A stretch of DNA of 64,000 bases from Ignavibacteria bacterium (GTDB lineage Bacteria > Bacteroidota > Ignavibacteria > Ignavibacteriales > Melioribacteraceae), in assembly GCA_037446915.1 (NCBI GenBank), contig JBBIHP010000003.1, positions 2,123 to 66,122 on the forward strand, written 5' to 3'. The translations under genes and the position numbers were made by a program. A model generated the notes under the pieces. The model worked only from the letters and a program-made list of their open reading frames with translations, did no database searches and was not told the DNA's origin. This document shows positions 47,262-58,088 of the stretch, piece after piece. Numbering within the stretch: position 1 is the stretch's first letter; each line of letters starts with the position of its first letter.

Positions 47262-49457
47262 TTATAGAATATGATAAGTAACAATTAATCCGGACATAAC
47301 AATAGAAACCATACTCATAAGTTTAATAAGAATGTTTAAACTTGGGCCCGATGTATCTTTAAAAGGATCACCAACTGTATCGCCAATAACAGCGGCTTTA
47401 TGAGCTTCAGAACCTTTACCGCCGAGGTTACCCTCTTCAATATATTTTTTTGCATTATCCCATGATCCGCCTGAATTGGCCATGAAAATAGCGAGAACAA
47501 ATCCGCTTGCCAGACCGCCGGTTAATAATCCCATTACACCAGCAACACCAAAAATAATTCCTGTAACAATTGGAATTGTTATGGCAAGAGTTGATGGGAG
47601 AATCATTTCTATCTGTGCACCTTTAGTAGAAATTTCAACGCAGCGAGCATAATCCGGTTCTGCTTTACCTTCTAATATTCCTGCAATTTCTTTGAATTGT
47701 CTTCTAACTTCATCAACCATTCTTGAAGCAGCGCGTCCTACAGCATTCATTGTTAACCCGCAAAATAAAAACGCCATCATCGATCCAATAAATACACCAA
47801 CTAATACTTTCGGATTCATCAGATTTATTTCATAGTATTCCATCAAATCCATAATACCGGCTTTTTGTGTTGAAACAATAACTCCGTTACCAAGTTCTAT
47901 TATTTCTTTTCCTGCCCTTACCAGTCCTATTTTAATTTCTTCAATGAATGATGCAAGCAGAGCAAGAGCTGTTAATGCCGCTGAACCGATAGCAAATCCT
48001 TTACCTGTTGCAGCGGTTGTGTTACCGAGTGAATCCAATGCATCTGTTTTCTTTCTAACTTCTTTACCAAGACCGCTCATTTCTGCATTACCACCGGCGT
48101 TATCTGCAATTGGCCCGTAGGCATCAGTTGCTAATGTAATCCCAAGCGTAGAAAGCATTCCAACTGCAGCAATACCTATTCCATACAATCCCATATTTAT
48201 ATTTGCAAAATTAAATCCCGCGGCAAATAAATATGCTAATATAATTGCAACACCGACAGCCAATACCGGTATTGCAGTAGACATCATTCCAACACCCAGT
48301 CCAGAAATAATTACAGTAGCGGGTCCTGTCTTTGCATTATCGGCTACAAATTTTGTAGGTTTATATTCATAGGCTGTAAAATATTCAGTTGCTTTGCCAA
48401 TTATTATTCCGGAAACCAGACCGGTAACAATAGAGCCCCAAATTCCAATCGCATTATCAAAACCGAGCATTTTAACTATTATAAAGGAAAAGATTACAAT
48501 CAGGATTGAGCTGAAATTAATACCGCGGTTTAAGGACTTAAGTAAATCCCCTAGTTTTGCATCTTCTTTTGTTCTTACAGAATAGATACCAACTATTGAA
48601 AGAACAATTCCAATGGCAGCAATTAACATAGGTGCTAAAACCGATTTGAATTGTAATTCTGGGTTTCCTAAAAATGCGGCAGATCCAAGAGCAGCAGTAG
48701 CTAAAATTGAACCACAATAAGATTCATAAAGGTCGGCACCCATTCCAGCAACATCACCAACATTATCGCCAACGTTATCTGCAATAGTAGCCGGATTACG
48801 TGGATCATCTTCCGGAATACCGGCTTCAACTTTACCAACGAGGTCGGCACCAACATCAGCAGCTTTCGTAAAAATTCCACCACCAACACGCGCAAACAGA
48901 GCTTGTGTGGAAGCACCCATTCCGAATGTTAACATTGTAGTCGTTATAATAACAAGATTATGTCCATCATTTAATTCGGCTGGATAAAAATGATTAAGAA
49001 TTAAAAACCATATTGATATATCTAATAAACCAAGTCCTACAACAACCAATCCCATAACAGCACCGCTTCTAAATGCAACTTTCAAACCGGCATTTAGAGA
49101 TTCGCGAGCAGCATTAGCGGTTCTTGCAGATGCCTGGGTTGCGGTCTTCATTCCGAAAAATCCAGCTAAACCAGAAAAGAAACCACCCGTAATAAATGCA
49201 AACGGGACCCAGGGATTTTGAACATTTAATACATATGCAAGGAATGCAAAAATTAATGTAAGTCCAACGAAGAATAATCCAACAATTTTATACTGTTGTT
49301 TAAGATAAGCCATTGCGCCTTTACGAACATAAAGAGCAATAGTTGCCATCCTTTCAGTACCTTCGCTTTGCTTCATCATTTGACGGTAAAAAAGATAAGC
49401 AAATACTAAGGCGGCAGCAGATGCAATAGGAACAAACCAAAAAAGACTGCTTTGCAT
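47262..49457 (-). CDS. hppA: Membrane-bound H+/Na+-translocating pyrophosphatase
   Basis: 731 aa. It has the signature [19 protein letters not shown], plus [17 protein letters not shown] and [23 protein letters not shown]. Confidence 0.95.
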   Translation of the reverse strand: MQSSLFWFVPIASAAALVFAYLFYRQMMKQSEGTERMATIALYVRKGAMAYLKQQYKIVGLFFVGLTLIFAFLAYVLNVQNPWVPFAFITGGFFSGLAGFFGMKTATQASARTANAARESLNAGLKVAFRSGAVMGLVVVGLGLLDISIWFLILNHFYPAELNDGHNLVIITTTMLTFGMGASTQALFARVGGGIFTKAADVGADLVGKVEAGIPEDDPRNPATIADNVGDNVGDVAGMGADLYESYCGSILATAALGSAAFLGNPELQFKSVLAPMLIAAIGIVLSIVGIYSVRTKEDAKLGDLLKSLNRGINFSSILIVIFSFIIVKMLGFDNAIGIWGSIVTGLVSGIIIGKATEYFTAYEYKPTKFVADNAKTGPATVIISGLGVGMMSTAIPVLAVGVAIILAYLFAAGFNFANINMGLYGIGIAAVGMLSTLGITLATDAYGPIADNAGGNAEMSGLGKEVRKKTDALDSLGNTTAATGKGFAIGSAALTALALLASFIEEIKIGLVRAGKEIIELGNGVIVSTQKAGIMDLMEYYEINLMNPKVLVGVFIGSMMAFLFCGLTMNAVGRAASRMVDEVRRQFKEIAGILEGKAEPDYARCVEISTKGAQIEMILPSTLAITIPIVTGIIFGVAGVMGLLTGGLASGFVLAIFMANSGGSWDNAKKYIEEGNLGGKGSEAHKAAVIGDTVGDPFKDTSGPSLNILIKLMSMVSIVMSGLIVTYHIL

Positions 49458-49645
49458 AAAGACTCCCTATTTAATTTGAGAATTTATTGTGAACCGCATC
49501 CGGTTTTTTATTCAGCGTTGAATTTACGCGAAAGATTTGTTCATTCAAACAAATTTTTGAAACAATGTAAATTTATCAAAAAAAATGTTGCCGCAAATTT
49601 AAGAAAAATAGAAATGATTTTATCTTATAAAAAACATTCAATTGC

Positions 49646-49682
49646 AAATAAAAAAGCCGGGTAACATATTGATTGCCCGGCT
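49646..49682 (-). terminator. Rho-independent terminator (AGCCGGG-14 nt-CCCGGCT + UUUUU on the minus strand)
   Basis: It lies about 30 nt downstream of the 49714..49968 stop. A 7-bp GC-rich stem is followed by TTTTTTATTT on the minus strand. Confidence 0.75.
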
Positions 49683-49713
49683 TTGCTTTTCTAAGAGGAG
49701 TATCTATGTGGGG

Positions 49714-49968
49714 TTAACTTTTGGGCTGATAAACAATTTTTCTGATGGTATCGAACTGAAGATATGGATACTCTTCTCTCAATCTTTCAATTGCATCACT
49801 TGCACTAACTTTGCTAGAGCGAAGAGTTTTAAATTTCTTCCTTATTATATAATCGCGGACAGACTTTTCATCTATTAGACCGCGGCTTGTTAAGAGAGAG
49901 TAAACATCATCTGGAATCAATTCCGAAAGTGGATTTTGATTTAATCTTTCTTCCATTTGCCCCTCCAA
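49714..49968 (-). CDS. Small hypothetical protein
   Basis: 84 aa, with a GGAGGGG RBS 5 nt upstream of the ATG and its own terminator. No family recognised. Confidence 0.45.
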   Translation of the reverse strand: MEGQMEERLNQNPLSELIPDDVYSLLTSRGLIDEKSVRDYIIRKKFKTLRSSKVSASDAIERLREEYPYLQFDTIRKIVYQPKS

Positions 49969-49995
49969 TCTATTGTTAGGTTTTTGTTGTCAATT

Positions 49996-50020
49996 GCTGG
50001 ATTTCCCCTCACAATCCAGC
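49996..50020 (-). other. 5'-leader stem-loop (GCTGGATT-9 nt-AATCCAGC)
   Basis: An 8-bp perfect stem about 30 nt upstream of the 49714..49968 start. Confidence 0.5.
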
Positions 50021-50271
50021 CAAACATAATTTGTATTGTTTCTGAGTTCTAAATATTAATTGCAAAACGGTTTTTCAACAGCACAGATGTGTAGTTTTTT
50101 TGAAAAAGGAGATTAAAAAATGCACCGACCTACATGATTATGCGGTAGGATTATTGGTGAACTGGTTGAAGGTTGCCAGTTTTTCGATTAATGGGTTATC
50201 GATTGCTGGTTATTTGATAATCGACTGCTTGTAATTTAACTTCGATGAGAAGGAATTCGTGTTTCCCCACC

Positions 50272-50571
50272 CTACTTTTTTCTTTTCCTTGATAAAGAAA
50301 TTCCACCAAATCCGCTTATGATTGCAGCATAAAAGCCAAGATCGTACCACCAGCCGGTGTTTTCCTTTTCATATATTTTAATAGAAGGATTAAATAATCC
50401 AACGACTAACGAGACCGGTGCAATCCAACCGTGCCATACTCCCATAAAAAATCCGGCTGGACTTTTTTCGCTCATTGCAACACTGCCGGGCATACAGCTG
50501 CTGATAGTTAAGGCAAGAAATGAAATTAAAACAAATTGAAGTAATTTTTTCCTGATCACTCTGGATCTCAT
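50272..50571 (-). CDS. Small membrane lipoprotein
   Basis: 99 aa with a lipobox (LTISSC) and two further hydrophobic helices. It lies 21 nt downstream of the LuxR-type regulator. Confidence 0.5.
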   Translation of the reverse strand: MRSRVIRKKLLQFVLISFLALTISSCMPGSVAMSEKSPAGFFMGVWHGWIAPVSLVVGLFNPSIKIYEKENTGWWYDLGFYAAIISGFGGISLSRKRKK

Positions 50572-50592
50572 TTCAATTCCCCTTTATTTTAT

Positions 50593-51231
50593 TTAAATAA
50601 TTCCTTTTCTTATAGCTTTAGCGACAGCTTCGGACTGTGAATGAACATGAAGCTTACGGTAAATATTACGTATATGATGTCGGACGGTATCAACACTAAT
50701 AAAAAGTTTATCTGCTATAGATTGATAATTATTTCCATCAGCAAGTGATGTTAGTACTTCTTTTTCCCGGGATGAAAGCTGAGAATCTTTATCTTCGTTT
50801 TGCTGACCAACATTCTGCTGGAAGAGTGTGATAACCTGGCGAGCAATTAAAGAACTCATTGGAGCTCCCCCTTCAAACGCATCTTTAATTGCTTCTAATA
50901 ATCTGATGGGAGGAGTTTTTTTTACAAGATAACCGCAAGCTCCGGCACAAAGTGCATTAAATACCGATTGACTATCCTCGTAAACAGTAAGCATTAGAAT
51001 ATTCAGATTCGGTTTAATTTTTTTTGCACGTGAAATTCCGTCTATTCCGCTCATGCCCGGTAACCCGATATCCATTAATACAACATTCGCATCGAGTGTG
51101 GGAATTTTATATAGGAACGACTCACAATCCGGGAATGAGCCGACACAACTGTAACCAGACGTGCCATTAATTAGAGCAGCAAGACCATCTCTAATTGTTG
51201 TGTTGTCTTCTATTATTGCTACTTTTATCAT
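50593..51231 (-). CDS. NarL/LuxR-family response regulator
   Basis: 212 aa. It has a receiver domain (VAIIEDN...VVLMDIGLPGMSG...MLTV) and a LuxR HTH (LSSREKEVLTSLADGNNYQSIADKLFISVDTVRHHIRNIYRKL). Confidence 0.9.
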   Translation of the reverse strand: MIKVAIIEDNTTIRDGLAALINGTSGYSCVGSFPDCESFLYKIPTLDANVVLMDIGLPGMSGIDGISRAKKIKPNLNILMLTVYEDSQSVFNALCAGACGYLVKKTPPIRLLEAIKDAFEGGAPMSSLIARQVITLFQQNVGQQNEDKDSQLSSREKEVLTSLADGNNYQSIADKLFISVDTVRHHIRNIYRKLHVHSQSEAVAKAIRKGII

Positions 51232-51330
51232 TCTAAGAAAAAAATGTTACACAACAAAAGTAAGTTATTTTAGACAATTATGGGATTGAAATATTGCATA
51301 ACAGGTAAAAGAAATTAATTGCAGAGTGGA

Positions 51331-54300
51331 TTATTTTAATCGTCCGATTTTTCCACTAAATTTTATTTTTGTACCGGAATTATCGGACTCAATTTCAAGC
51401 GATCCGCCGATAAGTGTTGCCCGGCTTTTCATATTCAAAATTCCATTGCCATATTTTATTTTTTCAAGATCCATTCCAAGTCCATCATCAACTAGAATTA
51501 ATTCTAAAATATCTTTAACGATATTAGCTTCTAAAGTAATTGATTTACACCCGCTATGCTTAAGGGAATTATTAATTGCTTCCTTGAAGATCAAAAATAA
51601 ATTCTGCTTGTATTCCATCTGAAGTTTAACAGAAGAGAACTTTTCGAGGTTTACTGTAGCGAAGGAAATACCCATAGAATTGAGCAGATCGCTGTATGAA
51701 TCTTTAAGACGGAGAATAACATGATAGAGTGAATCGCGCTGTGGATTAACCATCCACACAATGTCGCTCATGTTGTCTATAAGCATTCTTGCTTTCTCGC
51801 TAATTGTATTAATCTTGCGTATAGAATCAACGTGGTTCAATTTTATTTCGTTAGCTGCCAGCTCACTAAGTATCGAAATTTCCGTGAGTCCGGACCCGAC
51901 GTTGTCATGTAAATCGGCAGATAATTTACTTTTCAGTTTCTCAATTGATAGTAGATTTCTATAACGAATAGTTCCTATATAATAGATTATAAACGCAGCG
52001 AACATAACCGCAAGCGTAATAAACCACCATGTTTGCCAGTATGGCGGAGAAATAAATATGTGGAGTTCTGTTCCAACATTGTTCCACACACCATCATTAT
52101 TAGAACCTCTTACACGGAAAACATATTCGCCGGGAGTTAGATTAGTATAACTTGCAACTCTTCTTCTCGAATCTACAAAATGCCATTCGTCTTCTATTCC
52201 CTCTAAAATATATGCATACTGGTTATCAGAGGGACTTGTGAAATCGAGAGCCGAAAATTCAATAGACAGAAAATTCTGATCATACGATAAATAGACAGAA
52301 TCAATTTCACTTTTTAACGGTTCATTAAAAACCCTGATTGAACTAATAGCTATTGGCGGGACAAAATAATTTTCTTTAATGCTGTCCGGATGGAAATAAT
52401 TTAGTCCGTTAATTCCACCAAAGAACATTTCGCCCGATCGTGATTTGAAGTAAGCACCTCCGCTAAACTCAAGACTTTGCAATCCATCGCTCAGGTCGTA
52501 TTGAGTAAAGAGTTCCGATATTGGGGAGAATTTAAAAATACCGTTATCTGAACTTATCCAGAGATTTCCATTATTATCTTCAAGAACTCCATAAACAACC
52601 GAGCTGTAAATTCTGTTCTTTTTGTCATAGCGTATAAATTTTTCTTTTCGTTTGTCAAATTTTAATAATCCGCCGCCATAAGTAGTAATCCAGAGATTTT
52701 TAGATTTGTCTTCATAAATTCCCATTACGCGGTTATCACTTAAGCTCGATTCATCTCCGGCAATATTTTTATAACAGATAAAATGCTCTCTGTTTTTATC
52801 AAACTTGTTCAACCCGCCGCCGAATGTTCCAATCCATAATATTCCCTCGCTGTCTTCAAAAACGGTGTACACTCTATTATCACTTAAACTGAATGGATCG
52901 TTTGAATTATTTTTATAATTCTTAAAAGATAATTTACCGGGAAGATTAAAAAACGGTTCTATTTTGTGAAGCCCTCCGCCAAATGTTCCAATCCATGTAT
53001 TCAATTCTTTATCAACGAAAACAGATTGAACTTGATTAGCGCGCAGACTTAAACTATCGCGTGGATCATTTTTAAAGTTGATAAAACGATTATTGTGAAA
53101 AAGATTTAGTCCGCCATTAAATGTTCCAATCCATAAAAGATTTCTGCTATCAAATAATATTGTTCTAATATGATTGTCGCTTATTGAATTAGGATTTTGA
53201 GGATTAAATTGATAGCTGAAGAATTGATTCTTTTTTCTGTCCCAGATATTTAAACCTCCTTTGTAAGTCCCAATCAACAGATTACCATCACCAGCTTCTG
53301 CAATTGCCCATACCACATCATCATTAAGACCATTTTTATTTAATGGGTCTCTGCTCAGTTGTTTGAATTTTAGACCAAAGGGTTCATACTTGCTTAACCC
53401 TTTTCCTAAATGCGAACCGATCCAAATATTCCCGGAAAAATCTTCTAGTAAAGAGAGAATTTCGTTCTTGGAAATAGTTGTTGATATACCGGGATCATTT
53501 CGGAAGCTTATAAATTTATTTTTTCCAAAATCAAATTTATTAAGCCCGCCGCCGAATGTACCAATCCATATTGAACCTGATCTATCCTGAATTAATGCTG
53601 TAATAAAATTACTTGAAATGGAATTCTTTACAACGGGATTATAAATGAATTTTCTGATATTAATTTTTTCAGGTGGTAAAAGTTTGTCATTTTTCAATAA
53701 TAGATTTAATCCGCCACCATAAGTTGCAATCCAAAGGTTTCCATCTTTATCGTTTAATAAATCAATTATTTGGTCGCTGTTAATACCTGTTTCAAATTTG
53801 TTATTGTAATGTGTAAACGTAATTTTTCCATTACTCTCAATTAATTTATATAATCCGGAATCGATTGTTCCTACCCAGAAATCATTTACCTCTTTAATAA
53901 TTTTTTTAATTCTATTAGAATTAAATCCGGTTAGATTATCAGATTCGCTACTGAACCTGATTATTTTTCCGGAATTTCTTTCGTACTTAAAAAGACCCAG
54001 CCCCCAAGTTCCTATCCATAGCGAGTTATCATTTCCTGTTTTTATTGCTGTAATAGATCTATCATTATACCGTGAATAAGGCAATGGAAAATCAAAATTG
54101 AATTTTTCTGGAGAACTGACTGCTTTAACTCCGGAAGTGATATTTATCCTCTTGAACATTCCGGTTTTACGGTCATAACGATTCAATATTCCATCCGTTG
54201 TTCCGATCCAAATAATTCCGTTTTCATCTTCATCAATTGATAAAATACTATTGTCCGAAATTGTTGTTGTATCAAGCGGGTCGTTAGAAAAAACTTTAAA

Positions 54301-54537
54301 ATTATATCCGTCGTAGCGGTTCAATCCGTTTGCTGTTCCAAACCAGAGATATCCTTTTTTATCCTGGTGCATGCAATAAATAGAACTCTGTGAAAGTCCT
54401 TCTTCCAGTTTAATTTGATTGAACCGGTAATTTTTCTCCTGACCGAATAACAATGAAAAATTCGTCAGGAGAATTAAAATGATTGGCAGATAATATTTGT
54501 GCAGGATTATTTTCAAAACTTTGAAAAATCTTTGCAT
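51331..54537 (-). CDS. Sensor histidine kinase with periplasmic two-component-regulator propeller / Y_Y_Y domains
   Basis: It has many repeats of the G.LWIGT..GGLN.(F/Y) type, then a TM segment, a HisKA_3 H-box (LSADLHDNVGSGL) and an HATPase domain. The start was moved to the ATG at 54537 (MQRFFKVL...); the track ORF starts at a GTG at 54600. Confidence 0.85.
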   Translation of the reverse strand: MQRFFKVLKIILHKYYLPIILILLTNFSLLFGQEKNYRFNQIKLEEGLSQSSIYCMHQDKKGYLWFGTANGLNRYDGYNFKVFSNDPLDTTTISDNSILSIDEDENGIIWIGTTDGILNRYDRKTGMFKRINITSGVKAVSSPEKFNFDFPLPYSRYNDRSITAIKTGNDNSLWIGTWGLGLFKYERNSGKIIRFSSESDNLTGFNSNRIKKIIKEVNDFWVGTIDSGLYKLIESNGKITFTHYNNKFETGINSDQIIDLLNDKDGNLWIATYGGGLNLLLKNDKLLPPEKINIRKFIYNPVVKNSISSNFITALIQDRSGSIWIGTFGGGLNKFDFGKNKFISFRNDPGISTTISKNEILSLLEDFSGNIWIGSHLGKGLSKYEPFGLKFKQLSRDPLNKNGLNDDVVWAIAEAGDGNLLIGTYKGGLNIWDRKKNQFFSYQFNPQNPNSISDNHIRTILFDSRNLLWIGTFNGGLNLFHNNRFINFKNDPRDSLSLRANQVQSVFVDKELNTWIGTFGGGLHKIEPFFNLPGKLSFKNYKNNSNDPFSLSDNRVYTVFEDSEGILWIGTFGGGLNKFDKNREHFICYKNIAGDESSLSDNRVMGIYEDKSKNLWITTYGGGLLKFDKRKEKFIRYDKKNRIYSSVVYGVLEDNNGNLWISSDNGIFKFSPISELFTQYDLSDGLQSLEFSGGAYFKSRSGEMFFGGINGLNYFHPDSIKENYFVPPIAISSIRVFNEPLKSEIDSVYLSYDQNFLSIEFSALDFTSPSDNQYAYILEGIEDEWHFVDSRRRVASYTNLTPGEYVFRVRGSNNDGVWNNVGTELHIFISPPYWQTWWFITLAVMFAAFIIYYIGTIRYRNLLSIEKLKSKLSADLHDNVGSGLTEISILSELAANEIKLNHVDSIRKINTISEKARMLIDNMSDIVWMVNPQRDSLYHVILRLKDSYSDLLNSMGISFATVNLEKFSSVKLQMEYKQNLFLIFKEAINNSLKHSGCKSITLEANIVKDILELILVDDGLGMDLEKIKYGNGILNMKSRATLIGGSLEIESDNSGTKIKFSGKIGRLK

Positions 54538-54683
54538 TATCATAACAATCGGCTTAATTAAAATCCACACTAATACCGGGATATAGAAAATAAATAGCAC
54601 AAAAATTGAACTGGTAATTTGTTCTATTGGTGATTTAAAAGTAATCTTCTATATTTACCGGGTATTAAGATTAAGGGTCTTAG

Positions 54684-55193
54684 ATGCTTAAAAAACTATT
54701 AGCTCTATCATTAGTTCTAATTATTTGTTTGAATGGATGTGATAAAGGGATAGAGCCCGGAGAACCAATTATACCGGGCGGATTTAGCGGGAATGTTAAT
54801 TTTACCGGAACATGGCCGGATGGAATTAAGAGAACTCATATAGTTGTATTCAAAAACCCGATTCTAAAAACTGAGGATTTTTTCCTTCCAAATTTAAGTT
54901 TTGTGGTTGACTCAATACCTTATAAGAGTCAGACTTTTAACTATAACTCACTGGAAAAAAGTTTTGTAAATATTCTTCAGTTATGGCCCGGTGAATATAA
55001 ATATGTAGTTGTTGCTCAATCCAAAACTCCTGAAATTTCTTTCCAGAGAAAAGATTGGAATGTAGTTGGTGTTTACTGCATAAATAATGATCAAACAAAA
55101 CCGGCAAGTTTGATAATCCGTTCCAATCAGGTTTCACCGAATATAAATATAAATGTTGATTTTAATAATCCTCCGCCTCAACCGCCAATGTAA
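54684..55193 (+). CDS. Hypothetical lipoprotein
   Basis: 169 aa with a lipobox (LNGCD). It ends 15 nt before the TonB-dependent receptor gene on the same strand. Confidence 0.55.
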   Translation: MLKKLLALSLVLIICLNGCDKGIEPGEPIIPGGFSGNVNFTGTWPDGIKRTHIVVFKNPILKTEDFFLPNLSFVVDSIPYKSQTFNYNSLEKSFVNILQLWPGEYKYVVVAQSKTPEISFQRKDWNVVGVYCINNDQTKPASLIIRSNQVSPNININVDFNNPPPQPPM

Positions 55194-55208
55194 CCGGAGG
55201 AGTTTATT

Positions 55209-57401
55209 ATGAACGCTAAAGAGAAATTCATGAAAAAAATATTATTACTGTTCTTGCTTCTACCACTGATTAATTCATTTGCTCAAACAGCATCAATTAA
55301 AGGAAAAGTAATTAGCGACAAAGCACAGCCAGTTATTGGTGCAAATCTAATTTTATCCGGGACTTCATTTGGCGACGCTTCCGATATAAAAGGTAATTTT
55401 GAAATAAAAAATATTCCGTTTGGTGTATATGATCTGGAAATCTCTTCCATCGGTTATGGAAAGAGAATAGTTAGGAACATAAAAGTTGATCAATCAACCA
55501 AACCACTAACTGTAGTATTAAAAGAAACAACTTACGAAACCGAACAGGTTATTGTTAGTGCCTCTAAATATGAGCAGAAGTTAGAAGACCTTACTGCAAG
55601 CACAACCATAATTAAACCTGAATATATTAACCGCAAGAACTTTATCACCTTTGATGAGATGCTTAGATACATTCCGGGTGTTCAGGTTAATTTGGAACAG
55701 GTTAGTATTCGCGGTTCAAGTGGGTACAGCAAAGGTGTTGGTGCAAGAGTACTCGTTGCCATCAACGGAATTCCACTTTATGCCGGTGATAACGGTGATG
55801 TAGTTTGGGAATTAATTCCACTTTCCGATATTGAGCGCGTTGAAGTAATTAAAGGTCCTTCCAGTTCTCTATACGGTTCTTCTGCAATAGGCGGTGTAAT
55901 TAATATCATTACAAAATCTAAAGTACAAACACCAGTTACTTATGTTAAGACTTACATGGGTGCTTATGATAAAACCACTCATGATTCATGGAACTGGGAT
56001 AATAAATACAGAACTTATTACGGCGCTGAAGTTACTCATTCCGGTTCATTTGATAATTTAGGTTATACTTTGTCTTTGAAAAAATTCGATAACATGAGTT
56101 ACCGCCAGAATGATTACTATAAACGCTACCTCGGTCATATAAAACTAAATTACAATTTTACACCGGAAAACTATCTCCTTTTCTTTTCAAACTATCTCTA
56201 TTCAAACCGCGGTAATTTTTTATACTGGAAAGATTCTCGTAACGCACTTGTTCCTAAAGACGATGAAAACGGGAACTATGTTTTATCGAACAGAATTTTT
56301 AACGGGTTGATTTATCATCACCGCTTAAATGAAAAATTATCGGGAGAAATTAAAGGAAGTTATTACAGAACACATTTTGACGGTTACGGATTGGAGGTTA
56401 CGAGTTCAACAGCAAATCTTTTTAGAGGGGAAGTATTGTCAAATTATATTGCATCGGATGATTTTGTGTTGACAACAGGGTTAGAAGCTTCGTATGCAGA
56501 TGTAACTTCAAACATTTTCAAGAATCCACAATTCTTTGGAAGCGGCGCATACTTTCAGGCTGAGTTTAAGGGAATAGAGCGAATGATTGCAACAATCGGG
56601 TTGCGTTACGATTTTATAAAAATTGATACACTTACCGGTAAACATGCCATAACCCCGCGACTTGGATTAAACTATAAGCTGAGTGATGATTTAATTTTGC
56701 GTGGATCTATAGGAACGGGATTTCGAGCACCTACCCCGGCAGAAGTCTTTACATCGACGGCTGTTGGCGGCGGAGTGGGAATTAAAGAAAATCCCAATTT
56801 AACATCGGAAACAAGTTTGTCATTTGAGCTTGGCGGTCAATATAAATACTCATCAAATCTGAATTTTGACGTGACATTCTTTCAAACCGAGTATAATAAC
56901 TTTATTGAGCCCAATCTTACAAAAGAAGGTGATATTCAATTTATAAATTTAACCAAAGCTCGCATCCAGGGAATTGAAACTATTGCTGAGTGGTTTCTAA
57001 TTCCGGATGAATTAAAAATTACAATTGGTTATAACTACTTATGGGCACGGGATATCGAAAAAAACATTTCTATGAAATACCGTCCAAGAAATTCTGTTTA
57101 TGCACAAATTAGATATTCGCCCGGACAGTTTGATTTTGGAATTGACTTCAGGCATTGGAGTAGAATAGAAGAAATTGATAACCAGTTAGTTGAGCCGCCA
57201 CTTGCACTAGTTGTAGATGGCGATAAACGTGTTCCAGTTTATGTTACCGACATAACCACCGGTTATAATTTCCTTCTATGGAATATTCCCGCTAAAGTTT
57301 ACTTGAATGTTAAAAATATTTTTAACTATTACTACATAGAGTTTTTAGGTAATCTTGCGCCTGTCCGGAATATTTCCTTGAGCACTGAAATCTATTTCTG
57401 A
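55209..57401 (+). CDS. TonB-dependent receptor with N-terminal CarboxypepD_reg-like domain
   Basis: 730 aa. It has IKGKVISDKAQPVIGANLILSG...GNFEIKNIPFGVYDLEISSIGY, a plug domain (IERVEVIKGPSSSLYGSSAIGGVINI) and a beta-barrel ending in an aromatic residue (EIYF). An alternative start is at 55230. Confidence 0.85.
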   Translation: MNAKEKFMKKILLLFLLLPLINSFAQTASIKGKVISDKAQPVIGANLILSGTSFGDASDIKGNFEIKNIPFGVYDLEISSIGYGKRIVRNIKVDQSTKPLTVVLKETTYETEQVIVSASKYEQKLEDLTASTTIIKPEYINRKNFITFDEMLRYIPGVQVNLEQVSIRGSSGYSKGVGARVLVAINGIPLYAGDNGDVVWELIPLSDIERVEVIKGPSSSLYGSSAIGGVINIITKSKVQTPVTYVKTYMGAYDKTTHDSWNWDNKYRTYYGAEVTHSGSFDNLGYTLSLKKFDNMSYRQNDYYKRYLGHIKLNYNFTPENYLLFFSNYLYSNRGNFLYWKDSRNALVPKDDENGNYVLSNRIFNGLIYHHRLNEKLSGEIKGSYYRTHFDGYGLEVTSSTANLFRGEVLSNYIASDDFVLTTGLEASYADVTSNIFKNPQFFGSGAYFQAEFKGIERMIATIGLRYDFIKIDTLTGKHAITPRLGLNYKLSDDLILRGSIGTGFRAPTPAEVFTSTAVGGGVGIKENPNLTSETSLSFELGGQYKYSSNLNFDVTFFQTEYNNFIEPNLTKEGDIQFINLTKARIQGIETIAEWFLIPDELKITIGYNYLWARDIEKNISMKYRPRNSVYAQIRYSPGQFDFGIDFRHWSRIEEIDNQLVEPPLALVVDGDKRVPVYVTDITTGYNFLLWNIPAKVYLNVKNIFNYYYIEFLGNLAPVRNISLSTEIYF

Positions 57402-57509
57402 GCTATAGTTAATTAAGTATGGTTGCAAGCATCTGTGTAATTTTACTTCAACTTTTGTATAAATATTTATCTACTTTATAATTATTCCTGATTCTCTATT
57501 AAATAAAAA

Positions 57510-57530
57510 AGCGTGAGATGGACTCACGCT
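57510..57530. terminator. Bidirectional terminator hairpin (AGCGTGAG-ATGGA-CTCACGCT) flanked by A- and T-tracts
   Basis: An 8-bp perfect stem between convergent genes. There is a strong U-tract on the minus strand (gene 57568..57900). Confidence 0.7.
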
Positions 57531-57567
57531 TTATATTGGCATTATTGGGGGGGAATATTTTGGAAGC

Positions 57568-57900
57568 TTACTTTCTACCGCCGCGATTTGCACTACCTTT
57601 TGGACCTGTTCCGTCACATGCTCCTGTACCAGTTGCATTACCGCCTTTTTTACCAAATCCAGTTCCGTCCTGTGGTTTTACCGGATTTCCAGAACCATCT
57701 TTCTTACCGTAGCCTTTTCCTGATCTGTTAACACCTTGCTGGGATGTACCTACGTTATCGCAGATTCCATCGCCATCTGCATCAACCCAGTTTAATTTTG
57801 CACCTTTACCGTTACCGGATGGTGTGGTTTGTGCATAACTATTTGATGCGAAAAAGAATACTAAAAAAAGAACTGATGTTAATAATGCTAAGCGTTTCAT
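57568..57900 (-). CDS. Small secreted Gly/Lys-rich protein with DxDxDG-like motif
   Basis: 110 aa. It has an AAGGAGG RBS 6-8 nt upstream and a signal peptide ending SYAQ. The mature part contains VDADGDGICDN and repeated DGTG/GKG units with 2 Cys. Confidence 0.6.
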   Translation of the reverse strand: MKRLALLTSVLFLVFFFASNSYAQTTPSGNGKGAKLNWVDADGDGICDNVGTSQQGVNRSGKGYGKKDGSGNPVKPQDGTGFGKKGGNATGTGACDGTGPKGSANRGGRK

Positions 57901-58088
57901 TTTGTACCTCCTTTTGTTTATAAATAATGTTTCGCTTCTTATATATTAATTATTGTGCCAATGATATTATTTGGAAAAATGAAACAAAAAGACGATTTTC
58001 CTCTAAGCTATTTCGCTTGATGTGACAGTGAAGTCGAAATGTTCGTCAATGATGTCGAAATAATTTTAAAAATTATGTTGGATGTATA

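Noticed and set aside
49452-49878. Plus-strand ORFs 49452..49664 and 49642..49878
   Set aside because: They lie in the hppA upstream region or antisense to the 84-aa gene and cross a clear minus-strand terminator. They have no coding signature.
57513-57731. Two plus-strand ORFs (72 and 64 aa, Pro/Leu/Phe-rich) overlapping the Gly-rich gene
   Set aside because: They are antisense shadows of a GC-rich, low-complexity coding region. They have no RBS or signal features, whereas the minus-strand ORF has a strong RBS, a signal peptide and a terminator.
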